DNA from: Lama glama | Taxonomy: Eukaryota | Length of the DNA: 64,000 nt | Assembly (NCBI GenBank): GCA_028534125.1 | Contig: CM052816.1 | Location: 65,226,001-65,290,000 of the forward strand | Direction: 5' to 3' | Shown here: piece after piece, positions 24,561 to 36,490 of the stretch | How the letters are laid out: every line of letters starts with the position of its first letter | How positions within the stretch are numbered: the first letter of the stretch is position 1 | The notes under the pieces: model-generated | What the model saw: the letters and a program-made list of their open reading frames with translations, nothing else | What the model was told of the DNA's origin: nothing | Databases searched by the model: none | Translations under genes and position numbers: made by a program

Positions 24561-26074
24561 GGTTTATCTTAGAATCATTATCTTGCTTTCTCTACATTTG
24601 AGGAAGAAGGGATTATAATTATAATTAAAATGAAAATGAACTAATTTAGGTCTGTGATGTATTCAATTACCTTTGCTATCTCAAAAATTTTGGTGGCTAA
24701 ACATGATTTCTCTTTTGAAGCTGTTGTTCTATCATGGGCCCTTAAAAGAAAGTGATGCAGTATATTTAATATATCTGTGTGTAGTTGGGCCATGTGTATA
24801 ATTAAAAGTCTCAAGTAAAAGCTAAGCTTATTTAATTAAATTTGAATGTGTTACTAAAAACAAATAGTCTCCAGGTGCCAAAGAACTTAGAGGTTTAGAA
24901 TCGTCTGTAAGTTACGACTTCTGTTGGTTCTAAGTTTGTTTCCTTTTAAATCAAGAGTCTAAGTGTAAGAAAAACAATGCTTACCATTTACAAACTTGTT
25001 CAATATTTTGGAGGAAAGAATTTCTCTTTTAGAGAGATGAAACAAGTGATTTTTCTGTACCAGAAAATAGCCAAGGGAAACCAGGGATGAGAGTGGTGAA
25101 TCACCAAGAAACAAAGACTAAGGATGTATTAAAGGGATTGCTATTACCTTTTGAAGCAAAAATAATTTGTGAATTGAATATTTGCAAAATATAAAAATCA
25201 GGAGTATACTTTTCATCTGAGCTTTGGAAGGGAAACAGAAGGTAAATTTAAGGATCACATTCTGTAACCATTTCAGTTAACCAAGAACACCAGATTCCTT
25301 CACAAATATGAGAAAGAGCTAATGGGAAGTGTAGATTATTATAGCTACATTCTCTATAGCCCAGTTTCCCATCGTTAAAGGTTAGTATGCATCCAGGCCC
25401 CATTGTCAACTGAGACATGGGCAATTGTAAATCCTTGATAGGAAAGGAGGCTTTTCATGCCCTTCGAATTTTTTTATTTTTTTTGGCTCTTTCTTCTGAG
25501 GTATCAGTACATCAGACAGTTGCTCTGTAAATATTTCACGGCGGGGTCTAGAGACTTCTGTTACCCTTTTAGAAGTCATGATGTCGTTTCTTAAGGCAAC
25601 GTTGACCTACAAAAATGAATGCCGTAGTTGGTAGCTATTAACTTCCTCATGAAGCATCTGGGTCAAGAGTCAAGAGGAATTTTTAAAATTAATACTTCCA
25701 CAATTCTACTTTGAGGTTTTTTTTTAAACCAGGAAATATGACTGTGTTCAAATGTACACATTTAATAATTCTCTCTGAATGTGCCTAAGGTGTTAGCTTG
25801 CGTGTGTTGTGATTTAGCAAACTTTTGAAACGTTCAATGATCACAAAACAGAATTGTGACACCTGGGATGCTGAGGACCTTGAATTCATCCACCAGTTAG
25901 TTTTTCATATAGGATAGGATCACACAGGCTTCATGACTGTTTATTGACTCTTACTGAAGAGAGACAGACATCTATTAATGGCTTGAAATGTTATGAACTT
26001 GGCAAGAACTTGGAATGCCATAGCTTTCTATATTTTTATCCTAAATAGTTTTCTATCCATTTACTTTCTTAAAA

Positions 26075-26935
26075 ACTTTTTCATTAACGCATAATTTGCA
26101 TGCAGTAAAATACACGAATCTTAAGGAAACATCTTGATAAATTTTTATATACTTGTATACTCACATAATCACCATGTCATTTCCTATCTTCTATCAAAAA
26201 GACTAGTCTTCCCTCTTCTTGGACATCATAAAAGAAGAATCATATAGTAAACACTTTGCATATGGCATCTCTCACTCAAAATGTTTTTGATATTCATCAT
26301 GTTGGTGTATATATCAATAGTTTGTTCTCTTTTTATGTAGTGTAGCATTCTACTGTATGAATATACCATAATTTATCTATATGCTTTCATTGATCACCAT
26401 TTGGGTATTTCTAATTTGGAACTACTACGAGTGAAGTTGCTATGCACATTTTTATACAAGTCTTTTGTGGATTTATACATTTCTTTTGGTTACATTCTTA
26501 GAAGTAGGATTTCTCAGTTATAGATAAGCATATATTTAGTTATTTCTTCCCAAAAATTTTCCAAAGTGATGTGCTATTTTGCTCTCTCCCTAGCAAGGTA
26601 TGGGAGTTCCAGTTGTTCTGTATCCTCATAAACACTTGGTATTCTCAGCATTTTCATTTTCCCATTCTGGTGGATGTGCAGCAGTATCTTACTGTGGTTT
26701 TAATTTATATTACCCTGATGAGTAGAAGTATTGTTTACTTTCTACCTTCAGTATGTTTATTGACTATCTGAATATCTTCTTTTGTGCCATACGCATTTAA
26801 ATATTTATTCAACTTTTTAAAAATTTATTGATTTTTGGAGAGTGTTTGTACATTATAAATATGAGTCATTTGTTAGATATATGCATTATAATTGTATATT
26901 TTCTGTCACATTATGGGTTGCATTTTTACTTTCTG
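26075..26935 (-). mobile_element. Old L1MB/MC fragment
   Basis: cataatttgcatgcagtaaaatacacgaatcttaag...ccataatttatct...cagtatcttactgtggttttaatttatattaccctgatg. Confidence 0.75.
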
Positions 26936-26972
26936 TTTACTTTTAATATGGTAGTAACATTAAAGACCTCTG

Positions 26973-26974
<2 letters not shown>

Positions 26975-27004
<30 letters not shown>
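26975..27004. repeat. (GT)n microsatellite
   Basis: Visible directly in the sequence. Confidence 0.95.
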
Positions 27005-27006
<2 letters not shown>

Positions 27007-27334
27007 GGAAACATGTCACAGTGAAAGATCAGAGAAATGAGGATAAGTAAGACAGCAGTGGAATTAGGTGGGAGAAAAGAGAAAGGAGGATGGGCAGATA
27101 AAGGGGAAAAACAGTGAACTGTGCAGGGTAAAAGAGAAAATTTAAAATGGGAAATGGATGCAGCTTAATAAGGAGAAAGCAGGTGACAAGAATGACACTT
27201 GACCTGCAGGGAAGTTTTTTGGAGAAAAAGGCAGTTGATCCCTTGAATATTGAATGGTGGCAACAGGACACACAGCATTAAGGGGGCAGACAAAGAAAAG
27301 TTGAGAATGAAATGACAGTATGTTCATGGTGGCT

Positions 27335-27585
27335 AATAGCAGAGTAGTAAGTGGTTAGGAGTGGGGACTCTGGAAAAAGATGGTTTGAATTTGAGTCCTG
27401 CCTCACCACATACTAGCTATCTGAGCTTGGGAAAGTTCCTTAACCATTCCAAGTTTCTAATTTCTCTAGGACAAAAATAAAAATAATAGGAGTACCTACC
27501 TCACAGTTTTGTTGTGAAGATAAAATACTTGATACTATTTTGGCATATTATAGGTACTTACTGTATAACAACAATTACTGCTACC
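27335..27585 (+). mobile_element. MIR SINE
   Basis: agtggttaggagtggggactctgg...cctcaccacatactagctatctgagcttgggaaagttccttaacc...tacctacctcacag. Confidence 0.8.
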
Positions 27586-27655
27586 TACTGCTATGCCTAT
27601 TTGGGAAAATATTGGAGAAAATCATGTTAGCTTTTGTTAGTTTCTTTATTGGAAC

Positions 27656-27663
27656 TGACGTCA
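27656..27663. promoter_or_regulatory. Perfect palindromic CRE motif TGACGTCA (function unproven)
   Basis: ttattggaacTGACGTCAaag. An inverted CCAAT (ATTGG) lies 3 nt upstream. Confidence 0.3.
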
Positions 27664-30600
27664 AAGATCCTCTATCAATAACCCTAGGAATAGAGATGGA
27701 TGTTCTAGCCGATTTAGGAGTCAACCAGAAATTTGTTCCTGGTTCAGAAAATTAAGGTTGCTTTGGGCTTGTCACATTTGTGTTAAGAATATGCTGCTTT
27801 TGGCATCTGTCCATAGACACGCCCTGTTTGCAAGGATTATTCAGTTATGTTTGGAGTGAGATGGGAAGTCCTCTTCATTCCTTACCTCGTCCTTGCTTCA
27901 CTTCTGTAACAGCCCTTGCTGACTTCTGCACAGTGCTCTAGTCAAATCCTCAGGAGGAATTAGGAGCTCCCCTTGGCCCCAACTCTGGCTTACTTTCCCT
28001 GGGTGGTCCTTGTATTCCCCAGATACTCTGAAAAGGGTTTAGCTTGCCACATGTGGAAATCACTTCCTGCACACAGGTAGGAAATTGTGGGAGTGAGGGA
28101 GGGTGATGGGAGGTAGTGCTAAATCTCTCTAGCTGTGTTTTTACTGCTGCATCAGCTATAATAGAATGAGAGCCAAGAAGTAAGTTTTCCCCTTGTGACA
28201 TGATGACGCACCTCTGGATGGATGTATATTCAGAGATACGTGTGGGTGGAGAATATTACAAACACTTTCTCATCACTAGTGCTCCATTACCTGTCTGGAG
28301 AAGTACACTGTGTGTATTTGCATTACTATGTCCCATAAAAAAAGGAAAATGAAAAGAAGTTAAAGGAAGAAATGGTCATGCTTGGGAATAAAAGAAACTC
28401 CCCAACATAGGGGAGAACAACTACTTTAGGCAAATAAGGCTTCACATTCCAAGGATCTTCCAGAAATATTTCCATGAGTTATGTGCCATTCACAGAGGAG
28501 CTGGTCCCAGTCGCCTCTTAGACGTTGGATCCTTTGATTAACCACCCAGCATCTAGTGTTCTTGAGTACACACAATACATTAGCATGAACATAAAAAAAT
28601 GTAATTTTCAACATTTTGTTACTGAATCAAAATCCAAACCAAATAAAATGAAGAGAAACAGAATCCTAGTTAAAGCAGACATATTTGAATTTTACAATTT
28701 TATCTTTTCAACCTAAGAAGGTATTGATAGTGGGCATTTCAGATTTGAAGTGTTTTGGGCATAAGAATTTATGAAACTAAAGAGTTGTATTTCACTGTGT
28801 ACCCAGGAGACTTGCACCTTCATATTGGATATGTGCTCAAGTTTCAAGAGATTTATCTGATAAGTTCTTGCTGAAAGTTATGTGGCATATCTATAACCCA
28901 CTAGGCAAAGATTTCCAAAATTGAAAATGGGCACACATAATTGTAATTGTAAAAGTTCCCTTAGAAATATGGCATTCTTGAGCTGGACTTGGTTTTAAAA
29001 ACAATCGCTACAAAGAAATAGGGAAGCAGTACTTCCAATAATCGTAATGATATATGCTATGTAAAAAAAGAAAACTGGATTCCTTTGTCTTTGGTCTTTT
29101 AAAATGCAATTTATTGGCACAGTGTCAAAATTTCTCAGAATATCCACAAAACATCACAAAGATTGTTTCTAAAGCATTTACTCTGATTTAATTGAATCGA
29201 GCTTTATTTCCACTTTGAAATTTGTGATTTTCAAGATTAAAATTAGACTCTAAGAGTGATGAAACACTTTATCTTTACTGTGTAATACCGTGATAAATGA
29301 CTTCTTGAATCTAATCTAATCTAAACAACTCAGTAATACTGATGGTTTTTCCTCACCCATCATAGAAATTGAGTGTTTTATGATATCTGTTACTCCCTAT
29401 GTTTCCAACAAATAAAGAGTAGTTGATAATTCAGTTAAAATAAAGAGTATGATAATTATCAAACTCTGATTTCTTTTTTAGACCGCTGTAGTGGCTTCTC
29501 ATTGTTGTAGTGCTCTTCGGTGTTCTAATCAAGGTTACCTGAACAGACTGATACCACACCACAAATTTTTCTCTGTATTTGTATGTCAGCAAAGTAACAT
29601 GTACTGGGGAGGATTTACTTCTGTAATCAAACCTTTCTGTCTCACCAGACTCCCATGTTCATTAAAACACTAAAGAGAGTGGCAACTGGTACATTTACCA
29701 CACCAGAGCATCTGGTCCCTGTTTCCAAACCTTTTTTTATGCCAGTTTTACTTGTTTGATAGTATAGATTAGTTAGAGATCGCATATTTTCTAAAAATGA
29801 AGCCAGTGAAGCATTTATTTTACCATGAAAAGTGATTGAAGAGCCCAGCACTATGGTAGGCAGAGTGCAGAGCTGAATAAAAGCACTTTAATTATTTCTA
29901 TCCAAGAATCATCGTTTCCAGCTCCTCGGATAGTTGCGTTTTCACAAACACTACCCTGTTTGACCATCATTATGTAACCCATCCTTATATAACCATTGAA
30001 ATGTTTGGGGATGGTTTACAGTTCTTTCAAGGTCATGTTCTTCTGTCTTGCAATATCATGTCTGTGGGGAAAAAAAGTAGGTGAAAGCACTCTGATTGAA
30101 TGGCCTTTATTTAATTGTTAAGTGCTGCATAAATGTGTACGTTAATTTACACTTATTATTCATCAAAGTGTATCAGTCTGTAAAGTCTAAAACAAGATAA
30201 ATGTGTTAGGCTGAGTTTTGGGAAAAGATGAGGTTATCACACTCTTTTGCCCTCCTACAAATGAGCACCACAAACTGGAAAAAAAGATTTTGTTAAAACA
30301 AAACTGTGTGTAGAAAAGGAACTGTGGGGAAAATATATGACCTCTTGTGTTACACTTTTTGATTGTTGTTGGTTCCCCTGAAAATCCTGGCTAGTTGGTT
30401 AGAATTCTTTCTAACAACTTAGGATTTAGGTGTCATTTACTGTATTGGTTTATCTCATTTGTTTATAATCTTCCATCCACTTCAAAGGAATTAGATGGAG
30501 CTAGGCATTTTTAGATCTATTCCAAATATGTGGAATTCAATCAAAATAGTGTGGCATTTGGTTGTTTGATCTCATTTATTTAACATATCTGGATTGACTT

Positions 30601-30761
30601 TATTTGATGGATTAGTATCATTTACCCTGAAGTTGGTGGCTCTGAGCTTGGGAAGGGTGCAACCTTTGCCTGCATTTCCAAATGGGCTTTTTCTCAGGGT
30701 GTTCTGCCTTTTACTCCAGTGTGATTACTAAAAAAATGTGACTAATGCTTAATGCCATAAA

Positions 30762-30763
30762 TA

Positions 30764-30796
<33 letters not shown>
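30762..30796. repeat. (CA)n microsatellite
   Basis: Visible directly in the sequence. Confidence 0.95.
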
Positions 30797-30797
<1 letters not shown>

Positions 30798-31219
30798 CTC
30801 CTGGTTATGTGGAAGTGATACATTGAAACCTAGAACTTTAGTATACATAAATAATGAATCTAAAATATATAATTTATAATGTAGAAATAAGATTTAAAAT
30901 ATAAAAGTATACTTTACAATTGACTTTCTGGAACTTTTCCATTTTTGGGGGGTCACATATTTTAGGAGTGTTCTCCATTCCACCTTCACTAACTGTTCTG
31001 TGCCCCAGTAAACATGTGACTTTGGCTTTCTTATTTCTCCTATATTATTTGAGATTAACTTTATTTCTTGAAGTCATATATTTCTATTCATATTAGAGAA
31101 TCAAGTTAAATTTTATAAATTTAAAAGAATGACTGCAAGTTATGTGGATGAATATGTTCATCTACTCTATCATGTATCAGTCGTGTGTTTATGTAGTTAG
31201 TTAGTGTCTATTTTTTTCT

Positions 31220-32560
31220 ACACATTGAACTATGAACTGGAAATGGGATGCTCAACAAGACTGACACAGCCACTTCTTCCATAGAGTTTAGAATTCACTT
31301 GGCCACACAAACAAGAAAACAGACAACTACATCCCCTTTGTTAGATACAATGTTTAAAGATGACTGAAGAAATGCAGGGTAATGTGGGATATCATAAGGA
31401 AGCAAATTAGCCTAGGCTTATGAGGAACTGACAATCTCAGCTTAGACCTCAAAGGAGATGGAATCAGGCAGAGAGAACAGCAGGGACAAAGTCCAATGAC
31501 AAGGGAAAACGGAATGTCTGCATTCAGACAACTGAAGCTGTTTAAGGATGGCTAGACCAATAGGCCATGTTGAAGTTACCATTGTTGTTCATTTTTCATG
31601 TCACCAATGTGTGATAGTTTGGAATATTCTCCAGTAGTGCTGAGTAGCCAAGGTATAGGCATTGAGAAGGCAAATAGTTCAGTTGATCCAAAATTTGAAA
31701 GTGGGGATGCAACATAAGAAAAATTGAGGAAGGGATTTGAGAGTTTTGCAAGATAGTGAAAGAAGTGATGAACTATGGCACCCAAGCTCAGTATGGAACT
31801 GAGTGGGTATAAGAAGAACCAGATACAGAAAGGGTTCGAGATCTCTAGAGGTTTCTGTTAAGTCAAAAAGGTGAAAGTAGAATAACTGAACAAGTTAGGA
31901 TGGCATTTATGAAGTACGGGATGTTTGAACCTCAAGATTTAAGTTTTGAGGGCCATTTAAGGTGTTTTCAGGATGTTAGGGGATTGCCAGGGAAGAGCGT
32001 GACTGTGGTGGAAAAGAAGTAGTGGAAGAAGTGAGAGATTTAGGCATGCGGTGACCCTTCCACATCAACACTGAAGCCACACAGGATAGAAGCAGGACTC
32101 AAGATGTCAGAGAGCTAAAAAGGTGCACAGTTTTCAATCAATAGGAGGACATAGTGACCAGGGAGACTGGTGGAAGTCAGTGATGAGATAGAGTTGATTG
32201 GCATGGATGCCCAAGGGAGGGTTTCACAAGAGGATGGAGGAGTGCTGATTAGTAAGTTACTGTGAGTAACAGGGAGAGCCCCAACCCCATCTCAGGAAGA
32301 GTCACAAGGCGCTAAGACCAAGGGCAGCCTTCCCTCTGGTTCACTGCAGAGGAGCGACATCCTCAACAAAGGGCCAAGTTTGAAAGAAGGCAGGATGTGG
32401 GGTGACTGTTCAGAGGCAAAGTGAGGACAAAGGAAAGTCTGTTTACCACAGAAAAAAAGGGGTTCCATAAGACCTAATTCAGAAATTTGGAAGAACAAGA
32501 GTGGGGCTTTGGATGGAGAAGAAAAATCACAGAGCAATATGAGGATAAGGAACAGAGGAG
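31220..32560. mobile_element. Highly degenerate L2 LINE remnants
   Basis: Purine-rich text with L2-like segments (acacagccacttcttccatagagtttagaattc; ttccacatcaacactgaagccacacaggatag). Confidence 0.45.
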
Positions 32561-34037
32561 GAATAATCTACCTCACGTGGTTCTCTGAGATATGATTATT
32601 ATAGCTGAATTCTAAAATATTTTCAAGAATTGGTCCAGCTTTCCTCTGACAGACAGATTCAGGGAGGAGGAAAGACTATGGAGGTTATCCTAGTCCAAAT
32701 AAGTAGGTCCCTGGTGGTAGCCTTTAGTTCCCAGTACTTTCATCATCTATTGGAAACAACTTCTGCTGTTTGGGAAACTTTACATCTTTCAAGCTACTCA
32801 GCTGTGTCCTAGGTTTATTACAGGCTGTGGAATATGGGGAAGGATCTGATTTTTTCTTATGTGCATTATCTTTGCAATCGGAAGATTACTTTATTTTAAA
32901 CAATTGGTTTTTTTTTATATTTAACCCTAATTTTTTTGCCAGTGATAATAACAACTTAGGTGTTAATTAGCATTTAGGTTTCTCTTTTGAGAATGTCCTT
33001 TCTTAGAAATGATCATTGCCTTAAACAACTCTGCTTTCTTAAATATTCTTAAATACTATTTCTGAGATTCAAACATTATTCTAGTTCATCATGCTGCCAA
33101 TTATAGCAGCAAAATCTAGAATGAAGTTGTATTTTATGTGGACAAATTCTATTTGTAGAAAACTTTCTGTAGCAAATGAAGCTACTTATGTGACTCTGGT
33201 GAAAGAATGCAAAGGCACAAGCTAAGGTTTTCTCTTAGCTTGTGTGTAATGTATTTCTTGCAGATTTTTTTAATAGCAAACTGTGTTCATGCTAATTATT
33301 AATTCAAAACTATTTAATAGAGTTGCATGTTTAAGTACCGGGACTAAAAACCTTGATATAATGCCTCTGCAAACACAATTTTTTAGTCTTGTCTCTTCTG
33401 TGACCTTGTTGAGGGTCGTTTTTGTTTGTTTTAATCCTCACCATATGGAATAGTATCTGTGACTAGAATTTAGCAACTATGGAGTATATCATATTTACAA
33501 AATGCCTTAGCAAAGGGTATTAATTATACTTTACAGAGACCCAGAGAGGCTTCATTTGTCTTAAGAAGAAATGTAAATGTTGATTGATTTTTAGATTTTT
33601 GTGTCTTTATCACAAATAAAGACCAAATAAAACCTTCACCTTCTTATTTTCGTTCATAATTTCTGGTATGTTCTGCTTAGTATCCTCTGGAAAAACTGAG
33701 GTTAGGGCTAATGATTTTAGATTTATTAAGTGTTTCTATCACACTGCCCTGTAAGTGAAAGATATCCTTTGCAGTGGCAAAACAGTGAAAGCATAATAAT
33801 GAAAATTCACGTTCATGGACCATTATCTAGTCATTAAAATGATCATTATGATAACTATATGGTAATGTGAAGTACTTGGGAACCTTTGGGAAGAAAAGCA
33901 AAATACTTAAGTACATATCCATGTTTGAATTATAGTGCTGAAAAATATATGCCTGTGTCTAAGAACTGGAAAGCAATATGAAAATAATTAGATTTTTTGG
34001 AATAACAAGATTGTGGTTATTTTTTCCTCCTGTCATC

Positions 34038-34560
34038 TTTTTTTTTTTTTGAGGGTTTTCTTTTCTCCACACCCTCTCCAGCATTTATTGTTGTGAACTT
34101 TGTCATGATGGCCATTCTGACTGGTATGAGGCATTACCTCACGGTAGTTTTGATTTGCATTTCTCTGACAGTTAGTGATATTAAGCATTATTTTTCATGT
34201 GCCTATTGGCCATTTGTATGTCTTCATTGGAGAATTGTTTGTTTATATCTTCTGCCCATTTTTGGATTTATTTTTTGTTACTGAATTATATGAGCTGTTT
34301 GTATATTCTCGAAACTAAGCCCTTGTCAGTCACATCATTTGAAAATATATTCTCCCATTGTGTATGTTGTCTTTTTGTTTTGTTTATGGTTTCCTTTGGT
34401 GTGCAAAAGTTTATAAGTTTAATTATGTCCCATTTGTTTCTTTTTGCTTTTATTTCTATTGCCTTGGTAGACTGCTCTAGGAGAACATTTCTAAGATTTG
34501 TATCAGAGAATATTTTGTCTATGTTCTCTTCTAAAAGGTTTATGGTATCTTTTCTTATCT
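34038..34560 (-). mobile_element. L1 ORF2 internal fragment with poly-A tail but no 3'UTR
   Basis: T13 is joined directly to gagggtt...ctccacaccctctccagcatttatt (antisense ORF2). Putative TSD cctgtcatctt (34029-34039) / cctctcatctt (34564-34574). Confidence 0.85.
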
Positions 34561-35328
34561 TTCCCTCTCATCTTGATTTCTATAAATGAATATATGTGTT
34601 TGTCCAACCAGTGAAATTACATTAAAATTGCATTTGTGATTTATCTGCATTTACATTCATCCGAGCATCTACAGAGCTTTAGTGTATAAAAGATACTGTT
34701 GAAAGTGCTAGGAGTATATTTATGAATAGATGACAGTAAAATTCATAGTATCGTGTTTCTCCCATGTAATTCAACAGAAATTTTTGGCAAATATGAGAGG
34801 AGGAATTCTTGGGCCCTTCAGAGTTCTCCTGTCATTTTGTGTAACCAGGCTCTTTTGGCAGCAGGCTCCCCAAAAAGGTCATGAGCTTGATCATGAGTAT
34901 TGATCAAGCAAAACTAATTATTAGTCTCACTGAAACAAAAGAGAACACTGCCTTTAAACTTAGAAATATTTTAGAAGGGAGAAGTACAGAAAGGATATTT
35001 GTAGAGTTTTATAGCCTGGCCTTGTTGGGTGGAAAATGGTTGGATTTGAGAAGAATTTAAGGACCTAGTAGCTTTGAATGAATGGGGTCTTAAAGTGAAG
35101 TTAAGGTCGTAAGAGTTTTGATGAGCGAACTGTTAGTCTTATTAAGTAAACTTTTGGTTGGTTTACAGTCTTATATTCCAAGAGCAAGCATTCCATGGAG
35201 CAAGTACCTAACTTACTTTTTGCTTGGTCCTAGGATTTGTTTAGCACTAAAGCAGGCACTTAAGCTTTGACCCATAATTGTTCAGCAATTGTTTAGATCT
35301 TTTCTCCTTCTTTGTGAGTAAACCTAGG

Positions 35329-35684
35329 TATTATGGTCTGAATGTTTATGTGCCCCCCAAATTCATATGTTGAAATCCTAACCCCCAAGGAGATGGTATT
35401 AGGAAGGTGGTGCCTTTGGGGAGGTGATTGGATCATGAGGGTGGATCCCTCATGAATAGGATGAGTGCCCTTAAAAGAGACCCCTGAGGATCCTTCACCC
35501 CTTCCACCATGGGACAGCACATTAAAAGGCCATCCGTGAACCAGGAAGTAGACACTAACCAGACACTAAATCTGCCAGCCCTTGACCTTGGACTTCCCAA
35601 ACTCGAGAACTGTGAGAAATGAATTTCTGTTATGTATAAGCGACTGAGTTTAGGTTTCTGCAGCAGCCTCCATGGTCTAAGATG
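35329..35684 (+). mobile_element. MLT1A-like MaLR solo LTR
   Basis: tattatggtctgaatgtttatgtgccccccaaattcatatgttgaaatcctaaccccc...gaactgtgagaaatgaatttctgtt...ctaagatg, flanked by ctagg/ctcgg as a 5-bp TSD. Confidence 0.9.
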
Positions 35685-35749
35685 CTCGGTTTGGTGCTCA
35701 TCCCACCAGACTTTGCAGCAAGACAGGTGCTCTAGACTCTCTTTTTGCT

Positions 35750-36490
35750 AACTTACATTATCATCACCCCACTGCTTGAGAATATAACCCTGGGGATGGT
35801 CAGAGGGATGAGAACTCAAGGAAGACAAGGTCCTGGAATAGAAAACTGGTTTGGTTGATTGATTTCTTCTGTTTTGGAGGGACCTCAGGGTGGTAGGAGA
35901 GAGACCCCAGCCTTCCACCAGGGAAGATAGAGGGGACAGGTATCCCCTCTTCATGCCTCTCTGGCAGCTAGACCTCATTGTGGTCAATCTGATGCTCCCA
36001 GCCAGGACTTTGAATCTTGAGGGGATGGCTCAGACCCACCATCACATGTGCCACTATTGAGTGGGAAAGTTAGTGGCATGGGGGTTGTGGCTGCTGACAC
36101 TGACCAGGGCTAGTATTGCCCAGCTGGTGAGCACAGCGTCCTAGGCAGGCTGATCACACGGTTCCCTGCTGTCTACTCCTTGCCTTCACTGGCTCCTGCT
36201 CAAGTCTCATTCTTCAAGCTCCCTGTCATTCTGACTTATATATATATTTTTAAACATTTTTATTGATTTATAATCATTTTACAATGTTGTGTCAAATTCC
36301 AGTGTTCAGCACAATTTTTCAGTCATACATGGACATATACACACTCATTGTCACATTTTTTTCTCTGTGAGCTACCATAAGATTTTGTGTATATTTCCCT
36401 GTGCTTATATTTTTTGATGAATTCCTTTTCCTGCTTAAGTTTGTCAGTGTTGATTTCTGTTGTTTGCCACCCAGACCCCTGACAGGTACA
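35750..36490 (+). mobile_element. LTR16-like ERVL LTR interrupted by a young L1 fragment
   Basis: The 3' end attccttttcctgcttaagtttgtcagtgttgatttctgttgtttgccacccagacccctgacaggtaca resembles the LTR16 terminus. Confidence 0.6.
36247..36405 (-). mobile_element. Short young L1 3'UTR fragment, same subfamily as 18241-18395
   Basis: Nearly identical to 18241-18395 (taaacatttt...tacaatgttgtgtcaaattccagtgttcagcac...atttccctgtgct). Confidence 0.9.

Noticed and set aside
28200..28350. ATGATGA as a possible C box of an intronic C/D snoRNA
   Set aside because: There is no suitably placed CTGA D box or terminal stem.
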